DNA of 64,000 nt from Ptychomitrium polyphyllum (Eukaryota), in assembly GCA_973851085.1 (NCBI GenBank), contig OZ316776.1, forward strand, positions 4,898,001-4,962,000, given 5' to 3'. Every line of letters begins with the position of its first letter. Position 1 is the first letter of the stretch. A model generated the notes under the pieces. It was not told the DNA's origin and ran no database searches. It was given only the letters and a program-made list of their open reading frames with translations. The position numbers were made by a program, and so were the translations under genes. Below, piece by piece: positions 1 to 10,790 of the stretch.

Positions 1-957
1 AGTGTTTTTGTTGTTGTAGACCACGAGTAGTAGAAGGAGCCTTGGAGTTTCTTCCAGCTGAGGCCTTGTCATCTCTTTTCCATGAGGAATCTGTGATGGT
101 CCTCTCGTCCTGCTTCTTCCGGCCTCCTTTCCTCGCTTCAGAGTTTGTGGATGTATTGATCTTAGTTTTCTGGTTCGTTGCTCTTCACAAGAGCGCGTGC
201 GATTGACTAAGCGGGTGGAGAATCGGAAGCAGGCGAGTCAAGGCAATTGCTTTGGTGGGTGATTTGGAGTGGATTACTAGGCCTACTGCTTTTCCGTTTT
301 GGAATGATTGGTGTTAGAAGTTTGGAGTAGAAGGGGTTCGTTGCCACCGTTCTAACACCCTTTTACCGAGCATGAGAATTAGTCTCTGAATTCTCTTTTT
401 TGTCTTGTTTGTTTGGGGAAATCGGAGTTGGGGTGAATTGGCAGGAGTTCTTTCTGTTACCGATTGTAAACTGATTTTGGTGCGCATGTTGCAAATTTTA
501 TGCGTTGGTCTGTCTTTGATATCTCTGTGATTGTGCTTCGCGGCAATTTGCAAGCTGACAATCAAGTAATTTGCTCTGTCTACCGACAAACTTGGCCGTT
601 GAAATCCGTTGCACTCGTCTCCTCTCTACCCAATTTGACCTTGAAGAGCCTGATTGCAAACGTGTTGATCACGCTTTGGTTTTCAAATTATGCGATCAAT
701 GTGCTTCACGAACAACTGTCGCAGGTTTAGGTCAGAAAACTAATGGCACTCTGAATTCACTGCAAAGTCGAGGAACTTTCAGACGCCTGCGCTTAATCAG
801 AAATCATGTTTTCGTCTCCGTTCTGTTTAGTATTCTAATTAACGATCTGATTGATGCGTGATGCAGTTTTGTTTAGAAAGAGAAATGCTTCTATTTTTGT
901 GAAGGGCTAGGTAATATATCTCATTAAAGTGCAAGAAAGGAGAAGTAGTTTGTAAGC

Positions 958-1974
958 ATGGGACAGTTCATCGGGAAGCTGCTATCATCTATCTCGTGGG
1001 GCACCAAGGCTTATGGGATTCTCATGGTCGGCCTTGACAATGCAGGTAAAATTCTCTCCTTTCTTTTCGAGCTAACTTTGTAACAGTGTAGATCTTCTTC
1101 TTAGTGTCTAAAAACTGATGGTTAGTGTCGTCTTTTGTTGACAGTTTTTGCTCTCGTGTATTTGTTTATTTTGGAAATGCAGGGAAGACAACAATTCTGT
1201 ACAAAATGAGCATGGGAGAATTGGTGACAACAATACCCACAATAGGGATCAACATAGAATCAATCAAGTATCAGAACGTGAGCTTCACGGTTTGGGACAT
1301 GGGAGGCCAGGATAAGATTCGGCCACTCTGGCGCTTTTATTTTGACAACGCCCAGGTCAGGACTTGCTGTTGATAAAGTTTTTGTTAGATTACCATTACG
1401 TTCGGTTTGTTGATAGTGTACATTGATGAGGTTGTTCACCAATTTGTACCCGCAAATCCATATACGTATGTGTATGTGAAGCATGTTTGATGTTCTCTCT
1501 AGGTTGAATGGTTTGAATTCTGAGCCTGGCTTCAAACTATACTATATCTGTGCATGAACTACTTCCATAGCCTTCAGGTGAGCTTACAAGTCTTGTTGAT
1601 TAATTGTGCAGGCTTTAATTTTCGTGATCGACAGCAATGACAAGGATCGAATCACAGAAGCCAGAGATGAGCTTCAGCAGCTGCTAAAGAACTCGGAATT
1701 AAGCAATGCTAAATTGCTGGTGTTTGCAAACAAGCAAGACATGGCTAAAGTCTTGACTCCTAAGGAGATTACCGAATGGCTGTATCTCAACCGATTGAAA
1801 GAAAGGGATTGGCACATCCAACCATGCAGCGCCACCACAGGCGAGGGGCTTCGTGAAGGACTAGATTGGCTTGCTAATTCATTGAAAGCGAATTCCTTCA
1901 GAACCACCAACACCACAAAAACAAATGTAGTTGGTTCACCAAAAACACTACGAACATCAAGAACTGCAAGATGA
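958..1974 (+). CDS. ARF: ADP-ribosylation factor (ARF family small GTPase), divergent, 207 aa; exons 958-1045, 1183-1355, 1612-1974
   Basis: Spliced with GT-AG introns the frame reads MGQFIGKLL...GLDNAGKTT (P-loop), TIPTIG (switch I), [14 protein letters not shown] (switch II), NKQD and CSAT. Gly2 is a candidate myristoylation site. Confidence 0.93.
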
Positions 1975-4900
1975 TATCCACCTGCCCTACAGTCGAGTTG
2001 ATCCATATAACGACGAGCTGGCAACTCAACTCTGGCCCTCGAAGGCGAGTGTCAAACTTTCACCTGCTTGTTTTTTAGTACCACCTCTTGCATAGCGCTG
2101 CTATGAACTTGCCTTTGGTGTACCAAGGATATCATGGTTGCAGTGCGTACATCAAAATGAAGTTCTACTACAATCCACGGTAGTAGAATTTCATCTTTAT
2201 GTACACTAAAGTAACCATCTGTACATAAAGCGGACAATCTACCTATCTCAAGTCATAGCAATTCCTGTCAACAGGAACTTGAGACAAATTTACTACATCT
2301 TGTGAGGTGAGGTCTACTGAGTCACCACCCTCTCCCAATCCCAAGGCCTGGCTCAACTGTGAGCATGTCTGGTTGATAGCAAAGGCGAAAACAGGATTGG
2401 CAACGCTGACATACAAGTGAATGCTTCGAGCTTCAAATGCAATAGATTCAGGGATAAGTCGGAGGCTGGTTGGGTGCATAGTACTGACCTGTGACAAGTA
2501 TGATTTGAAAGGACAGTATGATAGCCAATCAAGTTAAGTAACTTATATTGGTGAAGCGTGGACTAGTCCACTTGTTTAAACGAGTAAGTTGATTTGTTAC
2601 ACTTGGCCAAACAGCACTCACCGCCTGTATTGCAACCAACTTCCAATTCATGTGATACAAAATTTGCATGCAGCAAAAAGACAGTAGAGACCTGAACAAG
2701 AAACCTGGCTATTCATTTAGGGTACTCAATCCTGTCTCGTTGGAAGTAAATTAAGCTAGTACATATTGATTGCTCTATATGAGGTGTTCAACTCCAAAAT
2801 CGTCGTGTTAGGTTGTCTAAAGAGTACCCAGCGAACACGGTGCACAACAATTCATTTTAAGAATATATCTCGTTCATAACAAGCCCCTAACTGGGCTGAA
2901 ATTGAAAGTCTCCGTTCGTTGCTTGAATAACCAAATCAGGTTTATCCAAAAGATGTCTGTATACTCATGCACAGAAGCAAACTATTGTTGTGCATGATTC
3001 ACATATTCTTTGTAGGATTGAAAAATTGCATGACTCATCATAATATGAACCCCACATTATCATCACTATTTTCCACTCTGTTACACGATGTGGCATTAAG
3101 TGCCAAACTACGTCAAATGAATGTAGTATAAATGATTGTAGGAAGGATTTCATCCAATTAGTACAAATTAGGGTTTGAAAGAGGTATTAGGTGGAGCAAT
3201 TCCCTTGACTTGACATTCTTTGCCAAGTCAAGCTTTGTGAGTGTGTTTTTGAAAAATCTTGTATTTTAGTTTTATTTGAAGATGGTGGTTTAATTTTTTA
3301 ATAAAGCTTTAAGATTTTCTTTACTTCTTGTACTTTTGGATTCTTCTTTTATGGAGTAAAAACAGCTTAACTTTGTGGTATAATGATTTCTTTTTTGTTC
3401 ACTTGGCCAAGAATTGCTATTTGTAATTTTTAAATTACAAAATATCTTATCTCTTCGTCTTCACTTCCATCTTTAGATATAGACAATTTGACATTTGAAG
3501 CTTTTCTTAAAATTCCAATTCACCCAAAATTTCTTAAGTGAAGAAGAGAGGCTTCAAATTTTAGAAGAGGTCCCTCAAAATTTAAGGTGTTGCCCTATGC
3601 ATGCTATTGTGCAATTGAGCGACCGACAGTTGTTTGCGGCAAGGACAAGCAACCGTTGGTCATTTGAAGTCCAATTGGTATCTGCTAATCGGTCATCTAG
3701 GTCCGGTCGGCTATCAACAGTTGTTTGAAGGAACAAGGTCTCTACCACAGGTAGAACCCCGCACCTTTGGAGAGGGATTTTTGTCCGTAGATAAGGTTTC
3801 ATTTTGGAATTCCTATAAACTCTATCTTTTATTTCTTTTCTTATTTTTAAATTTGTTTTAGGTCCAATTGTCCTTCCTATTTCACCCATTTTGAGTGTTT
3901 ATGTCTATAGAAGGTTCATTAGAGCACAATGGAAGAGTTTTTAACTTGTGATAGTAATTGCGGGACTTGTTAAGGTGTTGAGGGATTCTTTGTAGGACTT
4001 TAATTTTGTTTTTTTTTTTTTTTGTGTCACAAGACTTTGACACTTGTGGCCATTTATAGCAAACGAGTGCCAATAGCTCTGGTCTACTTTTGAATTTTGC
4101 AGTGTTTTATTTGGATAAGAGGATCTAATTTTTGAATTTTTAGATTTTATACTTGATACATTCCTTTATTGCAAGCATTGTTGCCGGAGGTTTTTGATTT
4201 TCCCTCATTTTATGTTGTATGTAGTTTGTGTTTATAAGCGTATTATAGGGATGAAGTTGGATTAATGGTCAGCAAAATCTTTTTGTTTTCACCACGTATG
4301 GGGTGCTTATTTGAATTGTGGTGATTAAGAGATAATGATTTGTGAATTGCAAGTTTAGTGGTGATAGGAGGTGTAAGTGTAGGTTGCTTTTAAGCCTTTA
4401 AATAGTTGCAGGTTTCCAAGTAGTCTCTTTTATGGTGCAAACAAGATATTGATATTATCAAACTCCTTCATTAAATTACTTAGAAGGTAATAACATTGAG
4501 GACTTTGAGCCAAAGGTGGATATTAACAAGGCTTTTCAGCCTATTTTAGCATTGGATACAACCAGGGAACTTTGAGTCTTAAGTGTGGGCACGTTTGACG
4601 AGATGGAGGACAATCCTTGCAGTATGGTGAGAGATAGGTTTTTACAGCCGGTTGGAAGCATTCCCTTGGCTAATTAGATATTGAGATTCTAGACCTAGAT
4701 GAAGGAGAAGTGCCAAGGGGCCCCTAATTTCAATGTAAAACTCATCTCTGCCTTTAAAGAGGGTACAATTGCCAGTTTGACTCCAACAATGATTGAAGAT
4801 ATCAAGAGGAAGGTTTTAATGGTGGAATCCTCTGCTAAAGACAGTGGCCCATTTACCTTGTCATAAATGGCGTAAGCTATATAGGTGGCTTTGTGTACTA

Positions 4901-7642
4901 CAGGAGAGCCTTCAACGTTTGATCCATTGCAATTATTCATTGCTCAGTTAAAGATTGAATATAGAGGTTTTAGACATAATCAAATGCAACACTTTCAAGA
5001 TTTTTGTCGTGAAAAGGAAGATATTCTACGTACCATGTATACTTGTTTGGCACAATTTGCAAAAGAATCTAGGAGTATATTTACTGAGAGCCAACTTGTC
5101 AAGATATTTTTATCTAAGATTAACAAATGGCTTTTGGATTTAGCTAAGCAAAGAATCATTCTCAACTATGATAAAAAAGGCAACGTTTGTCCAAATATTT
5201 GCCAAAGTTGAAAAGTGTGATAAAGCTCTCTGCCAATATGATGCCACTTACATGGTTTCATAAATGATGGATATTGTCAAGTCAAAGAGAAATTCTATAG
5301 CCACAAATAGCTTGGCTAGCATCCAGCTTGAGAAGAGTTTGTATTATTGGAGGTATAGTAAAGTTGGCCATACCAAGAATGATTCCAATTGTTCTAAAAA
5401 GAAGCAAGCTCAACTAAATGATAAGTTTAAGAAGAAAGTAGAGGTGGCCAAAATTGAAAGAGAAGGCCAAACGGAAAAAATTGAAGTGTAATCATTGTAG
5501 TAGGCTCAACCACAGTGAAAATTACTATTTCATTTTACATCCAAAAAAGCGCCTTATATCATAGAAAGAAAAAGCATTAGAAGTCAAGGTTGCAGACTTT
5601 GAGAAGAAATTTAAGACTATGGCTTCACTAGGCTAAGTTACAAAGTCTTGTGTAACTTTAGATGTTGCAATATAAATTCCTACTCTAGATGTTTGTATGT
5701 TTGGTGCGTTAGGGGAGATGGTAGCGCCGGTTGCTACATCTGTCCAAACAATAACAAAAAAAAGTGGCATCTACTACGCATGAGCCACAAGAAAGGTTGC
5801 ATATTTGCCATACTTGGATGCCGGATTAGATAGGCTAAGCTCAGCTGCCATTGTCATTTGGACTTGCAAATGTTGGATTTGTAGCTCAACCTCACATTCC
5901 AACTCCAACTCATGATGGAAAAACAACTTTTGGAACATTTGCACATACTTTGGCCTATAAAGTATTACAAATGCCTATTTTTTCTAGAATTGAGATGAAG
6001 GCATCAGATTTTAAGTCGGCCAATGTCGTTCAACTAGCAAGCAAGATGTTGAAAGGCACGGTGGCAATGTCATTTCTTGAAGTGGCTCAAGCAAGCAGTT
6101 AGGTGTCTACAAATGAGTACTTGATTAAGTTACAAGCTAAATTTGCTATTGAAGCCATTTTTACCTTTTGAAGAAAGTGCTTTATAATAGGTTAAAGTAA
6201 GTCTTACATTTGATGAGCCATTGGTGATTGGAATGGCTTATTTATCTGACGTTGTTGCTAAGCCTGCTTGAGAGATCCAAAATATGCAACTTGGGGTGAT
6301 AAGGTTGATTAATGACAACAATGTGTTTGTTGTTGGCTGCTTAGGTGGCAATTCTACTTGTGTTGTACAATTTTGAGTTATGATGGACTCTAATGCTCAA
6401 CCAGTCATGATTGTCAATGGTTTGCTAAAAAATTGGGTTTAAAGGCTGCAAATCTTGAACCTTGTTTTTCTTATATTTTTACTTCAATTGGAGGTATAGA
6501 GTATAGTACATGTTATACACAATAGCCATTGCAATTGATTTTTTACATTGGTTTTGAACCTCTTTATTCACACTTATTTCTATAATGTGCAGTAACTAGT
6601 GCTATCAATTATAATATTTTAGTTGGTCAACAAGCACTTTACCCTCTTGATTTTGGTTTGGACAACTAGACCAAAGAGGCATGAATTAAACCAAGTTGGA
6701 CTATAAAAGATGGAAGGAAGGAATTCATTCCTATAACTTTTCTTACGGCTGCCATGACTATGTCAGAGACTCTATATGCATATAGCGCATTGGCAGCAGA
6801 TTTACCTTGTGGATTTATTTTGTTGGAGGAAATATTGGCATTCATGGCCAATTTTGTAGATCAGCAAGATCCACCACCATTTTTTTAGACCAAGCTATGG
6901 ATTTCAATACTATGGTGTAGATTCTTGGCATTTGCTTTGTTATATAGCAACATTGCAAAGGCCATTTGTTTGCTCTGAGGGTAGATGGCAATGGCCAAGG
7001 GATAGTAGAACCAATATTCATCAAGGTTGAAGATTTGGAATTGTTTCTTCATTTGAAACAACTAGCAACAAAAGAGCTTCAAGCTCAACAAATCTTTGCT
7101 GCTTTGGCGCAAGACTTTGATGACAAAGTCCCTTGTTTGGCTATATGTGAGGATTTTGGAGGCACAAAAGTAGCTCCATCCACAGATTAGCAATTAGAGG
7201 CCGTGTCGACACATAGCAATCCACCATTGGTTGAAAAAGGAACTATAGGTTTTGATGATTGGCCATTGAAAGCAAGACCACATCTAATCAGTGTCAAAGC
7301 ACAAAGGATACGAGCTTTTATTTGCTTGTATTGTGATTGTTTTGCCTTTAGCCTTGAGGATCTTGAAGGCTATGGAGGCAAATCTATTCACATTCAACTT
7401 GAAGATGATCATCCAATTTTTAGGCGGCCATATAAGCAGAGTACATTAGAAAGAGATGGTGTTCAAAGTTGTTGTTGGGAGTTATTGGCTATATAATTAA
7501 TTGAGTCGTTTAATGGCGGATACGCTTGTGCTACGGTTATGCCTTCTAAGAAGGATGTATTTGGCAATTGGATGGAAAAATAGATGTATGAAGATTATTG
7601 TCTAATTTATCAAAAGACTAAGTCGGACCAGTATTCAATGCC

Positions 7643-8643
7643 TATTAGGTACACAAAAAACAAGAAACAGAAACAAAGTGTTTTCCAAGAATTAACATTC
7701 AAAGACCTAATGATTATTAAAAAATGGTACAAAGACTAGAACAAGGCAAGATACAATATTTCACGGATATAGATCATTATATAGTCTTCTAAAACCTTGT
7801 AGTATATTATAATAGCTTCTTAGAATACTTTCAAATGTTTCTATAGCTGTTTCTACATTTTCAGAAAATATCCTAGGAAAGTTTTACCACGTCAAGATAC
7901 TTCCTTGGAAGATTCCATCACCTTGGAAAACTTCCTAAAAAAGTTTTACCTCTTTAGAAAACTTCCTAAGAAGGTTCCACCACCTAGGAAACTTCCAAGG
8001 AAGGTTTCAATTCCTTAGAAGCTTCTTAAGAAGGTTCCAACATCTTAGGAAATTTCTTGGGAAGGTTCCATAAACTTCAAGAACATTCTTAAACCTTATA
8101 GGAAGCTTTTTTCAAAGTATTATAAGAGATACAAGCATCATAGTATAAATAGGAGGCAAGACAAGGTATTCTTTAGTCTTACCAATACAAGTTGTGGATC
8201 ATATTATATTTTGCCTTGTTCAAATCTTTGAATTAAGTTCTTGTTAACCATTAGCTCTTTGGAAGCTAATTTTTGGGAAACATTTTGTTTTTACTTCTTG
8301 TTTTTTGTGTTTCTAATATAGTATGATCCACAATTTAGATTGGCAAGACTAAGATAGACCTTGTCTTATCTCCTATTTATACTATGACGCTTGTATCTCA
8401 TAGGATGCTTTAATAAAAGCTTCTTACAAGGCTTAAGAATGTTCTAAAAGTCTATGGAACCTTCCCAAGAAGTTTTCTAAGATGGTGGAACCTTTCTAAG
8501 AAGTTTCTCAAAGAAGTAGGACCTTGGTGGGAATTTTTCCAAGATAATGGAACTTTATTAGGAAGTTTTCAAGGAGGTGGAAATGACTATGGAAGCATTG
8601 AAAATATTTTGAAGACTATGTTGTATGATTTGTGTCCTTAATA
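7643..8643 (-). mobile_element. Solo LTR (family A), reverse orientation, split by a second family-A LTR
   Basis: Reverse complement of the 8939-9479 LTR at both ends. Perfect 5-bp TSD ATGCC at 7638-7642 and 8644-8648. Confidence 0.9.
7759..8318 (+). mobile_element. Solo LTR (family A), forward orientation, nested inside the reverse solo LTR
   Basis: Degenerate termini tttcacgg...ctaata. Contains the family-A repeat array and tataaataggaggcaagac. Imperfect TSD caata/tagta; the host LTR reads continuously when it is removed. Confidence 0.85.
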
Positions 8644-8938
8644 ATGCCCATACCAAAGGAATTATTTGGTGCAGTGGAATTTTGACAAGGTTTTAGTACT
8701 TTGGATTTGTAATTTGGTTATTACCATTTTCCATTGTTTGTAGGCTATCAAATGAAGACAGTATATTTAGGAGCTGATCAAGATGGCATGGATTATATCT
8801 ATTATTAGAAGTTTCTTCCATTTGGCATAAAAAATGCACAAGCTAAGTTTCAGAAGATAATGGACATGATTTTAGTTGGCTTACCATTTGTTAGATGCTA
8901 TGTTGATGATGTTATCATCTTTAGTGGTAGCCCACATG

Positions 8939-9479
8939 TGTCACGGACATAAATCATGCAACATAGTCCTTAGAACATTCTAGAACCTTCTAGTATACTA
9001 GAATAGTTTCTTAGAATACTTTTAGATGTCTCCATAGCCTTTTTTATGTTTTTAGGAAACTTCCTAGGAAACTTCCATCACCTTAGGAAACTTCCTAGGA
9101 AGGTTCTACCTCTTCAGGAAACTTCCTAAGAAGGTTCCGCTACCTTAGGAAACTTCCAAGGAAGGTTCCAATTCCTTGGAGGCTACTTAGGAAGGTTCCA
9201 ACATCTTAGGAAGCTTCTTGAGAAGGTTCCTTAGACTTCCAGAATATTCTTAAGCCTTGTAGGAAGCTTCTTTAGAAGTATCATAGGAGATACAAACGTC
9301 CCAGTATAAATTGGAGGCAAGACAAGGTATTCCTTAGTCTTGCCAACACAAGTTGTGGATCATCTTGAATCCTACCTTGTTCTAGTCTTTGTATCAACTT
9401 CTTGTTAATCATTAGTTCTTTGGAAGCTAATTCTTGGGAAATACTTCGTTTCTGCTTCTTGTTTCTTGTGTCCCTAACA
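8939..9479 (+). repeat. 5' LTR of family-A element (541 bp)
   Basis: TGTCACGG...CCTAACA termini, internal ~30-31 bp repeat array, TATAAA at 9305-9310. Confidence 0.95.
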
Positions 9480-9481
9480 GT

Positions 9482-9493
9482 TTGGCAAGACTA
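9482..9493 (+). promoter_or_regulatory. Primer-binding site of self-priming type
   Basis: TTGGCAAGACTA, starting 3 nt after the LTR end, is the exact reverse complement of TAGTCTTGCCAA at 9335-9346, about 30 nt downstream of the LTR TATA box. Confidence 0.75.
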
Positions 9494-9714
9494 CTTTTCA
9501 TCTTTGTTAGAGCTAAGGTTCTTTGAAGAAGATTATGGATTATCCATCTTCTTTAGGATTCCATAGCATTTTAGAGGTTGCGGATTACCCTCCTCTAAGT
9601 TGTTACCATAGAGTTGGTTTCTCCTTCTAGAATCAAGTATTACTTCTTTCAAAGGACGTGGATTTCCTCCTTTGAAGATACTCATACTCTTTCTGTCTTT
9701 GAGACTCTTAAGAA

Positions 9715-10735
9715 ATGGATAATGTCCCTGGAACATCAGAGAATAGGTTTGCAACTATTGCAGACCTTCAAGAATTATTAAACACAGTTCAAACGGAACT
9801 CGCCCGTTTTAATACCACCAACAATTTGGAGCAACATACTAGGCAAACTGAAAAATCCAACGGTGATATTCAAAGCCTATATCAAGAGGTTGTTCGATTG
9901 CGAGAGGCCAATATTGGAAGAGAAGGTTTCCGTCAAATCCACTCAAAGCCAAAGATTAGCATGCCAGACAAGTTTGATGGATCAAGATCGAAATTGAAAG
10001 GCTTTGTTCGACAAGTAAGACTCTTCCTTAGTTTGCATCAATCTCGCTATCCTGATGGTACTACTCAAGTGAGATTTGTGGCCACTCTTTTATCAAACAA
10101 TGCACTATCATGGTTTGCACCACTAATGGAGAAGCAGTCACCATTATTGAACAACTTAGATGCTTTTATAGAAGCATTGACATCTACTTTTGGAGACACC
10201 GACCGAGAGAGGGTGGCTGAGACAAGGATCCAGAGTCTCCAACAAGGGCAGCGCTCAGCTGTTACATATGCTGCAGAATTTCGACAATTAACTTGCGACC
10301 TTGATTGGAATGATAAAGCCTTGGTCACAAGATTTCGATGGGGCTTAAGAGAGAATGTCAAGGATTTGCTACTCACAATGCCAAGAGTTGAAACATTGGA
10401 CGAATTCATCACTCAGGCAATAGCATGTGACAACAGACTATTTGGGAGGCATCAAGAACAACGCTTGGGATGGCGACCAGTACATCAAAGCATGGATACC
10501 ACTTCTTCAAGAATATCCGAAAGTCGACCGCAAGGACCAGAACCTATGCAAATTGATGCTGCCCAGTTCAGACGCTTGACTCCAGAAGAAAAAGAAAGGC
10601 GTCGAAGAGAAAAACCTCTGCTTGTATTGTGGCAAGTCTGGACATAAAGTGCGCGACTGCCAAATCAAAGGATCTGCCTTTAAGGCTCAAAGCACAATGG
10701 TGGAGTTGGAAAACGAGGCTGTCTAGTCACAGTAG
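9715..10735 (+). pseudogene. gag of family-A element (retrotransposon Gag plus CCHC zinc knuckle), frameshifted
   Basis: ORF 9715-10647 has PDKFDGSR, LQQGQRS..YAAEF and GPEPMQID. The knuckle CLYCGKSGHKVRDC starts at 10619 in the +1 frame, consistent with one extra A in the run at 10610-10614. Confidence 0.9.
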
Positions 10736-10790
10736 GGACCATGCGATTGGACACCACAAGGAAATCACCATCAAATCAAGGTCTCTTACT
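10708..10790 (+). promoter_or_regulatory. Putative -1 programmed ribosomal frameshift signal (G GAA AAC plus downstream pseudoknot)
   Basis: Heptamer GGAAAAC at 10708-10714 is correctly phased in the gag knuckle frame, and the -1 frame is open into protease. Potential stems: 10721-10731 with 10742-10752, and 10731-10740 with 10779-10790. Confidence 0.6.

Noticed and set aside
2050..2500. Minus-strand ORFs convergent with ARF, possibly joined to 18280-18610 as a gene split by element P
   Set aside because: No recognisable domain, no consistent splice model and no TSD found to link the two sides.
8990..9240. CRISPR-like regularly spaced palindromic repeats
   Set aside because: Contiguous degenerate tandem units with no unique spacers, inside eukaryotic LTRs, with no cas genes.
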